NCBI GenBank assembly: GCA_964016885.1
Contig: OZ024747.1
Location: forward strand, 81,902,001 to 81,966,000
Length of the DNA: 64,000 bases
Source of the DNA: Eledone cirrhosa
Taxonomy: Eukaryota
Reading direction: 5' to 3'
Shown here: positions 11,270 through 23,125 of the stretch, in pieces
How the letters are laid out: each line of letters starts with the position of its first letter
Position numbering within the stretch: position 1 is the stretch's first letter
The notes under the pieces: generated by a model
The model's database searches: none
What the model was told of the DNA's origin: nothing
What the model saw: only the letters and a program-made list of their open reading frames with translations
Position numbers and translations under genes: made by a program

Positions 11270-12350
11270 AGGTTGGTGCAGATGATGTTCATCATGAACT
11301 TATATAGATTGATGTCTGCAGGGAAATGAGGGAAAGGATTCTATGAATTTGTAATACAGGAGAGTATACAAAGAGATTTGTAGATTTTAGGCAGCTAGAT
11401 TGGCATGTCCAGAGCTTGCTATTTTGGAGAAGAAACCAGCATAAATGTAGGTGGAGAGTTATTGCAATGCATTGATGAATAAATGCTGGCCCATCACTCT
11501 ACTATAGCTTATTTTGTTTTAGTGTGTAGCTGTTTTATCATTCTAGCTATGTAGTTAAAACACAACAGCAATTTTCCCAGTTAAAGTATGATTTAACCAT
11601 CCTAGTAGTAGAATTAATGTGTATTGTACATGTACTTTATAACAGGGCCATCTATAAGTGCTTAAGTGTTTTCTGGTAATGCTAGACTTGATGGGAGATC
11701 ATGAATGATTGCAAAACATATCATGTGTCAAGAGTTTGAAGGTTTTAGTTGTGTGTTGGAAAATGTAGTGTTGCAAGACATATATGTAGTGATTGTTAGA
11801 TACGTTTAAATAAATATTTCCAGTATCGAGATTTCTGATTATAGAATATTGCAAGACTTACATGAGGTGCCTAGATTGTAAGTAGATGTCTTATCTATTC
11901 AAGAGTGCATGTGGTTAGAAATAATAGTATGATTCTTACTACAGAAAAGGTAGAGTGTACTAACATAATTAACATTTGAAACATAATAGAGTTAATAGAG
12001 TCTGGGTGGTAGCAAGCCCATCAAAACACACTGAAATGGAGAAGTGAGATCCATGGGATATGAAATGTAAGGAGCCTCTAGGCAAAAATCTTTGCAAGGA
12101 GGATTCTATTCTGTGCTGATGTCAATGGCAACAATATTGCATTCTATGGATTCTAGGTTTTCTATGAAATTAAGATGAAATGCTTGTATAGCTAATGAGA
12201 AGAGGTAAAATGTACTTCTTTGATAGTGAGATATTGTGGCTTATAAGGTAAAAGAAAATGGAAGAATAAACTTGTATAAGACATCTTAAATGAGCATCAC
12301 ATTGTATAGCAATGATGAATTTTAAAATCCTGAAGGGTAAAATGAACAGA
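11270..12350 (-). pseudogene. Very degenerate LINE reverse-transcriptase remnant
   Basis: Minus-strand traces such as IVAIDIS (about 12115-12140) and FPADINLYKF (about 11295-11330) in RT motif order; many stops. Confidence 0.3.
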
Positions 12351-14701
12351 TTATGATCTGTGGGATGTTCAATATTAATTCACAATAAAGGTCTAATGAA
12401 TTATATAGAATCTGATACTCAGAGACAGAGACCAAGAAGAATAGATAGAAGAACAACGGTTGTACTGATTTAGACTTATTATACAAAAGGATGACACATA
12501 TCCAGTGAGATGATGAAGGGTGTTAATTGTGGATGCTGGGTTTTACAGATAAAATGGTAGAAAATCGAAGTATCCATGTTAAACTATCATCATTATGATG
12601 GTTTCTCCCATCATTATAATCACAATAAAGAATGTTTTGACATCTATTCCATTGATTATCTCCCCCTCATGTCATATTCCAACAGTGTCATTATTTGTTG
12701 CTGATATTGAGTAATTTCTCTTTTCCTCAATAGTATAATTAATGCTAAAGGTTTTGATTCTCTACTTGTGGTTATTGTTGGTTGTAATAGTGAATATATT
12801 ATTATGGTATAACATTAATGTGCATTCATTCTCTAGTTTCTTCTTCTACTTTGTACTTCTTTCTTCTTAACCATCCTTCTTCACCACCATTACATTCCTT
12901 CATAGAATGACACCATTACTCACATTATCACCCCTACAAAAATCACCATCACAATAACATTGTTTTCAAACAATCATCTCATCCCCATCAACACATATCC
13001 TTGTCAACAATCATACCTACTATAACTACCAACCACCCATTCTCCTATATCCCCTCCACCATCTACTTCTATGATATCTTACCACCATTACTCTGTAAAG
13101 TTGTGCTACTATTACCATCATCTAACCCATTATTTCCATCAATATTATAATTCAGTAAGGTAATATACATATCTGACAAGTTCATGTGATGTTTGCAACA
13201 ATAACTAATTAGAATAAGAAGGAATAAATCACCAATAATAACATTCATTCTAATTAACTAGCTTAAATTTAGGAACAGAAAACTTTACTATTGTTGTTTA
13301 GCCACTATATTGAAATTTATTTCTGAAGTATATTTTCTTCAATCTATTTTAGTCAACACACCAATAGATTATTATTGTTGTTTTTATTCCTCGTCCTCAT
13401 CATTATCTCAATTTAACATGTTTTCTATGTCTGCATGGGTTAGATGGGTTTTCATGCACTCAGGTTAAACTGACCAGGTGACCACATCTTGTTTGTACGT
13501 TCTATTTTGGGCTTAATTTCTATGATGAATGTCCTTCATAATACCAATCATTTTACAGCATGATCTAGGAGCATTTTATGATTCCAGTATTAAAACCTTT
13601 CAGGAGAGACTGAGCCCTTTTCATCATGGCAGGACTGGGTACCTTTTATTGAGGCCCCAGCACTACCTCATTAGAACACTAAGGTGTTCATTGTCCTTGG
13701 CCAGGCTGGAGCAGCAGTGATGGTAGCGATTTAAGAAATTGTGGTTGAATGAATTAGATTCTTGATTTTGTTGGGATTATTTTATTAACATTGCTCATAT
13801 AAAAGGAAACTAACATGGATGTTACAACTTCTATTTAGCTACTTATCACTTTCAAAAAATCAGAAGGGCCAATAATAACTCAGTGTTTGAGATTAATATT
13901 TATTATGTAGAAAAAGCTTAGAATTCAGCTCAACTTATTTCACTAGTATATAGATAGATATTTATATACTAGAAAGATATATCAATTTAATAAGACTTAT
14001 ACTAGGTAGTGAAGATTAGTTAGATGATAGACAGTATCAAGTTTGGTGCTAAATGCTTCTTTGTTGAAACCCTACCAGAATCAATAAAATATATATGATT
14101 AATTTCACAAAATTACCTCATAACAAAGTATTATTATTACTATTGTTGTTATTATTCAGAAGGTCAATAAAATATATATCAAGTATGTACTACAGTCAAT
14201 TCAATCAACTATACACTTTACCAGAAAATTTTGGCACTGTGCTAATGCACATAATATCACTGTGCTAATCTTTATTGTGACAGGAACATTAAAGAAAGAA
14301 GTAAGTATTTGGAGGAAAACAAGAGTCGAAGATCTGATTTCAATTCCAATTTTGAAGTATCTCGCATTACTAATGTTCCAAGGAAAGATATTAACAACAC
14401 AAATTTCAATTTACTTTTCCATATATAACATTTATGTCTGATGGGAATAAAAAGACATTACGATTATTGTTATGATGCTATTATTTTACATTCACATTTA
14501 TCCTAAGCTATTATTCTTATCACTACAATTACAATTACCACTACTATTACAATTATTATTGTGGGAGTAATGCTGGTAGAGAGTAATGTGGGATGTTTAC
14601 AGTACCCGAGATTCAGATTGGGATCAAATCTTGCAAAGGTTTACTTGTCTATAATGTTAATAGAGGAAATGAGGATTAAATATGATAGAGTCAATTACAT
14701 T

Positions 14702-14812
14702 GTGCCAAGGTTAACTTTGCCTTTCATCCTTAAGAGGGTCGATAAAATAAAGTACCAGTAACATACTGGGGTCGTTTAATCAACTTTCCCCCCTCCCTTT
14801 CAAATTGGTTGC
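14702..14812 (+). mobile_element. SINE family 1-like, partial
   Basis: GGTTAACTTTGCCTTTCATCC...GGTCGATAAAATAAAGTACCAG. Confidence 0.8.
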
Positions 14813-14920
14813 ACACACACACACACATATATATACATATATATACATACAGATACATACATACATATAAATACATATATACATACATATATATATAAAT
14901 ATATACACATACACGTACAT

Positions 14921-15030
14921 ATCATCATCATCGTCGTTTAACGTCCATCTTCCACGCTTGCATGGGTTTGGACGGGAGTTTTCCCACTTGAGGCAAGAGT
15001 GGTTGTCTTGCTCGCATAGAACTGTCTGAC
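14921..15030 (-). mobile_element. RTE subfamily B terminal 3'UTR fragment
   Basis: Matches 32316-32428. Confidence 0.9.
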
Positions 15031-15034
15031 TGTC

Positions 15035-15203
15035 TATATGTATATATACGTACATATATATGTATATATACGTACATATATATGTATATATACGTACATA
15101 TATATGTATATATATGTACATATATATGTATATATACGTACATATATATGTATATATACGTACATACATATGTATATATACGTATGTATATATATATATA
15201 TAT
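15035..15203. repeat. 20-bp minisatellite (TATATACGTACATATATATG)n
   Basis: Directly visible tandem units. Confidence 0.9.
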
Positions 15204-15208
15204 ACACA

Positions 15209-16654
15209 CTAGATAGAGGAAACTATAGAGGTATAAAGTTGATGGACCAGGTCATGAAAGTAACAGAAAGAGTTATAGCACAGCTGATTAGGGACCGGGT
15301 GAATATAGACGAGATGCAATTTGGGTTTGTACCAGGGAAAGGCACCACTGATGCCCTCTTCCTTGTGAGGCAATTACAGGAAAAGTACCTAGCTAAAAGT
15401 AAGCCACTCTACTTGGCATTTGTCGACCTTGAGAAAGCCTTTGACAGAGTTCCACGTGCAGTAATCTGGTGGGCTCTTAGAAAACTAGGAGTAGATGAAT
15501 GGCTTGTGAAAGCGGTACAAGCCATGTATAGGGGAGCAGTCAGCAAAGTTAGGATTGGCAATGAGTATAGCGAGGAATTTAGCGTACAGGTTGGGGTCCA
15601 CCAGGGCTCTGTTCTTAGCCCTCTCCTGTTCATCATAGTCCTGCAGGCAATAACGGAGGAGTTTAAGACCGGATGCCCATGGGAACTCCTGTATGCTGAT
15701 GACCTCGCACTCATAGCTGAATCTATGGTAGAACTAGAGAATAAATTCCAAACCTGGAAGCAGGGACTAGAGAGAAAGGGCCTCAAAGTCAACATGACAA
15801 AGACTAAGGTCCTTGTAAGTAGACGAGAAAACAGAACCCAGATCCCCTCAGGGAAATGGCCTTGCTCAGTATGTAGGAAAGGTGTAGGTAGAAACTCCAT
15901 TCTCTGCCCCAAATGCAAACAATGGGTACACAAGAGATGTAGCGGGATCTCAGGAAGCTTAATTAAGAATGTAGGATTCACATGCAGCAGCTGTGCTGAA
16001 ACAGCAAGCAAACAGCCACAGGAAACAAGTACCACCAATCTCTGGGAGGGCCCTGTAGAAACAGTAGACAGCTTCTGCTACCTAGGTGACCGAATTAGCA
16101 ACGGAGGTGGGTGCTCAGAAAGTACAATAACTAGGGTAAGAACGGGATGGAAGAAGTTTAGGGAACTACTACCACTGCTAGCTGCAAAAGGCTTCTCCCT
16201 CAGAATGGAAGGCAGACTGTATGATGCGTGTATCCGAACAGCGATGTTGCATGGTAGTGAGACCTGGGCGCTGAAGGTGGAAGACTTACGTAGATTAGAG
16301 AGAAACGAAGCCTGCATGCTCCGATGGATGTGTAACAGTAATATACGTGAACGACAAAGCATAAAGGAATTGAGAGAGAGACTGAGCATAAGAGGAATCA
16401 AATGCTGCGTGCAGGAGAGGCAGTTACGCTGGTATGGACATGTGATGCGTATGAAGGATGACAGCTGCATAAAAAGGTGCAGAGCACTAGAAGTTGATGG
16501 AAACCGCGGAGTGGGGAGACCCAAGATGACTTGGGATGAGGTGATAAAAGCCGACCTTACCCAACTACACCTCTCAAAGTCAATGACACACGACCGTGAC
16601 TTCTGGCGTCACGCAGTAATACAGGGTACCCGACCTCCCATGGGTACATGCTGA
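15209..16654 (+). CDS. Uninterrupted RTE ORF fragment: RT domain with PHD finger insert (no endonuclease, no true start)
   Basis: [36 protein letters not shown] (15692-15703), C4HC3 motif (15857-15994), stop at 16652-16654. Confidence 0.9.
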   Translation, partial: LDRGNYRGIKLMDQVMKVTERVIAQLIRDRVNIDEMQFGFVPGKGTTDALFLVRQLQEKYLAKSKPLYLAFVDLEKAFDRVPRAVIWWALRKLGVDEWLVKAVQAMYRGAVSKVRIGNEYSEEFSVQVGVHQGSVLSPLLFIIVLQAITEEFKTGCPWELLYADDLALIAESMVELENKFQTWKQGLERKGLKVNMTKTKVLVSRRENRTQIPSGKWPCSVCRKGVGRNSILCPKCKQWVHKRCSGISGSLIKNVGFTCSSCAETASKQPQETSTTNLWEGPVETVDSFCYLGDRISNGGGCSESTITRVRTGWKKFRELLPLLAAKGFSLRMEGRLYDACIRTAMLHGSETWALKVEDLRRLERNEACMLRWMCNSNIRERQSIKELRERLSIRGIKCCVQERQLRWYGHVMRMKDDSCIKRCRALEVDGNRGVGRPKMTWDEVIKADLTQLHLSKSMTHDRDFWRHAVIQGTRPPMGTC

Positions 16655-16947
16655 AGCATATAAACAATATGCCCCCCCCCCCCTCCACCGCAAGGTGGCC
16701 GTGGAGGTGCCACGGCAAAAAAGCACCCAGCCCACACTGTAAAGTGGACGTGTAGGCGCCACGAAAAAGCACCCAGCACTCACTGTAAATGAGGTTGGTG
16801 TTAGGAAGGGCATCCAGCTGTAGAAATCAAGCCAGATCAGTTCCTGTATGAGCAAGGCATGGTCAGCCGACCAGACACTGCCCACAACAGGACAACCCGT
16901 CTAACCCATGCTAGCGTGGAAGAACGGACGTAAAACGGTGATGATGA
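15209..16947 (+). mobile_element. RTE-clade LINE, subfamily A, copy 2 (5'-truncated)
   Basis: Begins at [11 protein letters not shown]; has a 3'UTR and (GAT)n tail as in copy 1. Confidence 0.96.
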
Positions 16948-16978
16948 CACACGTACATACATATATCTATATATATAT

Positions 16979-17016
16979 ATCATCATCATTTTACGTCCGC
17001 TTTTCCCTGCTTGCAC
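16979..17016 (-). mobile_element. Very short RTE 3' terminal fragment, tail-to-tail with copy 2
   Basis: (CAT)n-TTTACGTCCGCTTTTCCCTGCTTGCA. Confidence 0.65.
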
Positions 17017-18112
17017 ATATTTATAGAAAAAGACACAAAGCTGTGTATATAAATACATATAAGTACGTATGTGTCTTGTTCACTTTCGAGAGAGGGGGGG
17101 GAGAGAGAACTATGCATATACATGTGTTTGTATGCATGTACACACTTCCATTCACACACACACACACACACACACACGTTGCTAGTCATGACATTTTAAA
17201 ATATCGGTAAGAATCTTTAGTTCTCATATATTTAGGTTTGTCTTTTGATGTAGATTTTTTTTTTTTGAAAATGTATTGTTTCTACTTTCTCTTTTCATCA
17301 GTGACATTTTAAACAATTGTATTTATAATAGCATCATTTCTAATGTCTTCACTTCTTTGAAACAGTGTGTAGGTTAAACAGCTTACAAGCTTCACTTTCC
17401 GGTTTTCATTGAGCCTTGCACCAACTATATGCAAATTGATGTTGATTGCTTGTAAAGTTTTGTGCACTACTGTTATTCTTGTTGTTGTTGTTATCATTTT
17501 TACCATTATAATCATCATCATGATTGTTAAACATTCATTTTCCCTGCTATTCTTATCATCATATAAAGGAAATAATCATATCATCATTAGTAGTAGTTGT
17601 TGCTGTTGTTGATGTGGTGGTGGTGGTGGAGTAGGAGGAGGAGAAGGAGAAGAAGAACAACAACAACAAATACACCAACAACAACAACAACCACCATTGT
17701 GTATCATAATTTTGGCAGCACTAGATTCTTAGGAAATTATGTTCATAACGATAAAACGGTGTTTTGATTTTCAATTGGAGCCAGATCACTAGCAGACGTA
17801 ATGTCCTTAGAAAAAGAATATATTACTCAAATCTAAAGATATAATACTTTTGCAAGAAATTATTATGCAAGACATTATTATTATTGCTACTGCAGCTGCA
17901 GGTAGTTATAAATACATAGCAAGCTGAGTATGCAACCTTCTTCTATACCCTAGTTCAAATTGTTTTATACCACTTAGAATGTTAATGCTCTTAGGATATC
18001 AGACATGAATAAATCCTCTCCCATCCATGCATGTATGTTATATGTATCAGGCCTCATTCCTATGTAAGACATTATTAATGTTAGGTAAATTTGCTTGAAT
18101 AGACAGTCTAAA

Positions 18113-18555
18113 TCATCGTCTTCACCGTTTAATGTCCATTCTTCCACACTAGCATGGGTTAGACGAGTTGTCCTGTTATGTGTAATGCCAGGTCAGGTGA
18201 CCTTGCTCACACATAATTGATTTTGGCTTGTTTTCTACAGCTGGATGCCTTTCCTAATGCCAACATCATTACAGTGAGTACTGGGTGTTTTTTGTTGTGA
18301 CACCTACACGACCACTTTACAGTGGGTACTGGGTGCTTTTTGTTTTGACACCTACACGACCATTTTACAGTGAGCACTGGGTGCTATTTGTTGTGACACC
18401 TACACGACCACCTTACAGTGAGTAGGGGTGCTTTTTATTGTGTCACCTACACGACCACCTTACAGTGAGTAGGGGTGCTTTTTATTGTGTCACCTACATG
18501 ACCACTTTACAGTGAGTACTGGGAGCTTTTTGTTGTGACACCTACATGACCACTA
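18113..18555 (-). mobile_element. RTE 3'UTR fragment containing six tandem ~48-bp units
   Basis: RTE terminus at 18113-18165, CTGGATGCC core, then six TTACAGTGAGTACTGGGTGCTTTTTGTTGTGACACCTACACGACCAC-type units at 18269-18554. Confidence 0.85.
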
Positions 18556-18589
18556 AAAACTGATACAGAGCTTGCCTTGGACAACTACT

Positions 18590-18845
18590 CTAGAGCCAGT
18601 GGTAAAATAATATACATTCAGTACAGTCTGTAAAATGGTAGGTGATAGGAAGAGCATCAAACCAGAGAAACTATGCCAAAAGTTAGATAAATGAGCAAAA
18701 TGTGGGATTCTGTAAATCGCTTCATAGGTTACCTATCTAAAAGAGCATTAATTCCAAATAGGAACTGATGAAGACTATAATTGTCCAGTCTATGCTAACA
18801 TAGAAAACCAAAAAAATGGAAATGGTGGAGATGTCTATGATGATA
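18590..18845 (+). mobile_element. Old RTE-type 3'UTR/SINE remnant
   Basis: Degenerate CAGTACAGTCTGTAAAATGGTAGGTGATAGGAAGAGCATC...CTATGCTAACATAGAAAA. Confidence 0.5.
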
Positions 18846-18960
18846 TACATTACTGGTTTGAAAAGCTGATTGTTATACATTAAACTTAAAGTGTTGCATG
18901 TCATATGACAAGTAAATTTGAGAGTATAGAATTATCATTATGGGAAACAATATAAATGTA

Positions 18961-19128
18961 CCGCATTTCCCGGTGCTGAAGCCATTTTATCCTCGAGGAG
19001 GCACCCAAATTTTACAACCAAAAATTTAAAAAAACAATAATAAACAACCTTCGGCCTCCAGGACGCAAGGTAGAATTTTGAGACTTATTTTAAGAAAGAG
19101 GTAGCGTCTTCAATGCCGGGAAATACGG
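18961..19128. mobile_element. Tc1/mariner-superfamily (Tc2/pogo-like) MITE
   Basis: TA-CCGCATTTCCCGG...CCGGGAAATACGG-TA: TIRs with TA target duplication. Confidence 0.85.
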
Positions 19129-19352
19129 TATTAATAGAAATAGATAAATGAATTTACAAATATACAATAAATATATATCTGAACAGAAACAGTAGTAGGC
19201 AAGTGCAGTGAGGATGGAGGAACCAGATGACATTTACAATAGGGAATTAAACTGATTCTACATGATGGTAATATAAACATGTCAAATTTATGTATTTTCC
19301 TATAGAAGGAAATAAATGATGAATTTGATGTTCACTACGAATATATTATTAA

Positions 19353-19572
19353 CCCTTTAGTGTTCAAACCGGCCCAAACCGGCCAGAATTCTCTACCTCT
19401 TTCTGTTGAAACTGGCTGTAACTGGCCACTCATACTGATGTTAAGGTATTGTTCTCAAAATAAATACTTTCAAAATCTCATAGATTCGATATTATGTGAG
19501 ATAATTATGCAAGGTAAAGCATTTACCATGAAAATATAATAGCATATATAGAGTAATGTGAATGCTAAAGGG
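19353..19572. mobile_element. piggyBac-like MITE (220 bp)
   Basis: TTAA-CCCTTTAGTGTTCA...TGAATGCTAAAGGG-TTAA; homologous copy at 56451-56662. Confidence 0.9.
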
Positions 19573-19585
19573 TTAAAAGAAAGCA

Positions 19586-19910
19586 GTAAAGGGTAATGTC
19601 CGCCTTCAGTCATGAATGACCATGAGATTTGCACCTAGAAAGTTCACCTCCAAGGCACAAATTCAAGCAAGGTTGATTTTTAGAAGACCAGCAATCACCT
19701 ATGCATACAGTTCTCCCCTCTCCATGTCACCGATGTTGTCCAAGGGATAGGCAAAATATGACACAGCTTGGCACCAGTGATGTTGCAACTCATTTCTACA
19801 GCTGAGTGGACTAGAGTAACATGAAATAAAGTGTCTTGCTCAAAAAAACTATGCATCACCCAGTGTGAGAATTGAACTCACAACCTCATGGTTGTAAGTC
19901 ATGTGCCTTC
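19586..19910 (-). mobile_element. tRNA-derived CORE-type SINE (family 2a)
   Basis: Minus strand has a B-box-like GAGTTCAATTCTC then TTGAGCAAGACACTTTATTTCA...CCACTCAGCTG, shared with 39315-39635 but with a different tail. Confidence 0.7.
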
Positions 19911-21299
19911 ATAAAAGAAAGCAGAGATACGAGAAAAGGTAAGAAATGAAATTGAAACAATTTAAACTTATAGCTATAAGCTTACAAGTTTAAAATCTTT
20001 GAAGTAAATGGAATTGTTGGACAGTGGCTCTTTAGTATAATGTTTAACACACTGGTCAATTTATTCTTTCTCCAGGAACACTTTAGTTAATTTTCTCAGC
20101 TATTACTTATAGTGATTGACTTTTATTATGGTCATTTGCATTGGGCTGCACACATTTGAAATATACATGTGTGTGTATATTTATTTCACACTTGACACCA
20201 CTAGCTCAGATAGTGACATTTAATTATGTTTCACATAAACAGAAGTTCTGTTATTCAGCTACACATGCAAAGATTGTTTTCAAACAACAAGAGAGGGTTA
20301 TCATAGAGAAGGGCATCTGGTTCTAAAAAGCTGCATCAAAAAGTCTCAAACAATCCATGCTAGAATGCAAATATGACATAAAAATGAAAATGACGAGGAT
20401 AAATCATTAAGATCGGCACAAAATTGACAGGTTAATACAGAAAATGCCACCTAATTTTAAGATATATCTTCTTTGATACTATTTTCTTAACAATAATATA
20501 GTAAATAGACAAAGTAATAGACAAAATGAAGTCGTGATTGTAAATAAAACTTTTGGCAAGCAACTAACCTAGAGAAGTGTCTTAAGGTACAAACTAATAA
20601 TAACTGTAACAAATCAGACTCATAAAACCAGATGTCCAACACCAATCCATTCAACCTCTACACCTCTAGACATGCCAACTGAAAAATAAAAGTAGCCAGT
20701 TACAATAAACATTGGTCTTCACCTCCACCTGTTTGACAAGCACTCATCTTACTCCTTCTCCAACAAGATATATTTCATGGCGTCACCATAGTGTTTTCCA
20801 TTGATGCCTCCCAGAATACAAGAAATTTGCCAACTGGATTTCACTTCTTGGCCACAGGCCTGGTTTTCTTTCAATGAACAAACTCCATTAACAAATAGAA
20901 TTATTCATATGTATCGAGCTGGAATATCTTTAATGCAGGAGAGATGTATCAAGAAACAACTAGAAGACCAATATTAACTTACAAACCCACAACAATTACT
21001 TTCAATCAATGAATGAAGATTTATTTAGTTATCATTCATTTTCATGTATATTTATAGAAAACCTATAGCGGGAGTAGAGTCATGATTTCAACCCATCAAT
21101 ATCATAATGGATTTCTATAAACATTAGAAAGTAGCTTGTGTTCTTTATTGAAACCACAACTGCATAGAAAATAAGATGAGAATAAAATGATTAAAGGGCT
21201 GGACTACTAATGAAAATATCGCGAGAAAAATTGTTGCGTGAAACACTTTCTTGTACTCATGGAGAAGTAACTCTGTACTCATTGCTTATTCTGAAATGG

Positions 21300-21483
21300 G
21301 CCTTCATTGGTTTCAACAATGTGTGTTCCAGTTGTTTGATCAATGGCACACCCTACTTATGAAATTAACATAGTAGCAGCTCAATATTCCACAGACATGG
21401 GGGCCCTTAATATAATTATCAAAGAGATCCCACATGACACAGTGTGTGACATGGTGGGTCCTTTGAATTACAGGTACAGTTCA
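21300..21483 (-). mobile_element. SINE family 2b, 3' portion, degenerate
   Basis: Similar to 39325-39505 (GTTCCAGTTG...GATCAATGG...ATGAAATTAACAT). Confidence 0.65.
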
Positions 21484-22729
21484 TAGAATAGGCTTCCAGC
21501 CAGTTTCTGTCTACCCAATTTAACTTACACGATGTGGACCAAGAAAAGGGTATGGAAATAGCAGTTGCCTAAGATGCCATGCCATGCTGTGCCCACTCTT
21601 GATTATTTTAACAGTTAATGACTGCAATCTATTTGCATATACAACTTCCACCTGTTCCCAAACAAGAAAAAGGATATGGGCAGACATCACTATGTCACAG
21701 ATTATGACACCATAGATGCTGTGGACACCTACTTAGAGGACCAAACTAGGGAGTTCTACTTCAATGGGATCTAGGCACTTCAACACTGGGGGAAGAAGTG
21801 TGGAGGATTCAAAGGGTGACACTGTTGAAAAATAAAACAAGAAAATATTTATATATGCTGCCATTTCTTGGAGGATCAAAACTTTCAGTTGCCCCTTGTA
21901 CAATGAGTAAACAACCCATAGAAGACCACTTCTTAACCAAGAACCTTTATTGTTCAGACACTAGAAACACTCTTCTACTCTTGCTTTTGGTGACATAAAT
22001 TTATATGATTTCCTGAAATACACAATCACGCTAATGAGAACATATGAATAAATATCTCATGGCTAATTAATTCGGCACAAAGAATTCAAAAAGATTAGAA
22101 ATAATGATCAGCACTATAAAGGCTAACAAAACACAACAGTAACAAAATTAAATGTTAATATTTGCTAAGAACAGCATATAGCGTGTATGCTTACATAACA
22201 GTATGAAATAAGATTAGAAACTCAAGAGAATCACCACTTATGAAACAAAGTTAATTGGGAGATTAGATTTTAAATTAGCATTATCTGGATTAGAAATATA
22301 ACTGAAAATGTAAAAGAAATAAACGAGTGGAGAAAACAGAATTTTTGTGTTTATCAGTTTGATAGAGGAACAACTAAAGAATTTTGCATGGAAATACATA
22401 AAGGCTGATAAATTTATCATATAATTTAATATACTAACCAAGAAGATATCTAGATAGTATTTGTATCTGTAAACATTAGAATGACTTCAGATGGAAGTGA
22501 AGATGACCAGAAAGACAAAACACTAAACTGGATACTTTATTCTATCTTGCCTAATACCTTACTTTTCTGAAATAAAATCCTGTTAGTGATGATAAAATAA
22601 ATAACTACTAGTAAAATACTAGAAACAATGATACCTGGTACTCTTTGTGAAGTGGTTGACATTTAACGGGAAACAACATAGTGTAGGAAGAGCTGTTCAC
22701 TAAAGTTAATGATCTGACAACATCTCTAG

Positions 22730-23125
22730 TGTGGTGCCACAATAAAATGCACCCAGTATACTGTGTAAAAATATTGGTGTTAAGAAGGGCATCCAGCTCT
22801 AGAAGCCATGCTAAAAAGGGTTAAGAGGACACTTCAGTTGCATCAAGGACCTCTTAGTGAAAATTTCATGATAAAATGCACCCAGTACAATCTGTAAAAT
22901 GGTTGGCATTATAAAGGGCATCCAGCTGCAGAACCCATGTAAAAACTACACTTTGATCTTAGCCAAAAGAGCAAGAAACTGAAACATGCACATGAGATGG
23001 GTCCTCCCTCCCCAACCAGTCTAGGATGATAGTAGCTCCAATTAAGTAGTGACCTGGTCTCTAATAGTCTATCCAACCCATACTATCATGGAAAAATGGA
23101 TGTAAAATCATGATGATGATTATGA
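22730..23125 (+). mobile_element. Old RTE 3'UTR-type remnants (duplicated core + tail)
   Basis: Two ATAAAATGCACCCAGTA...AAGGGCATCCAGCT blocks and a CCAACCCATACTATCATGGAAAAATGGATGTAAAA(TGA)n terminus. Confidence 0.65.

Noticed and set aside
15038-15208. N-terminal extension and start codon of the 538-aa RT ORF
   Set aside because: Derived from the flanking minisatellite; RTE homology starts at 15209, so this is not a real fusion protein without transcript evidence.
15209-16654. Bacterial retron, group II intron or DGR reverse transcriptase
   Set aside because: Motifs, C-terminal WYGHV region, 3'UTR and (GAT)n tail are those of eukaryotic RTE non-LTR elements.
18269-18554. CRISPR-like array
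   Set aside because: Contiguous tandem units with no unique spacers, no cas genes, and a eukaryotic LINE 3'UTR origin.
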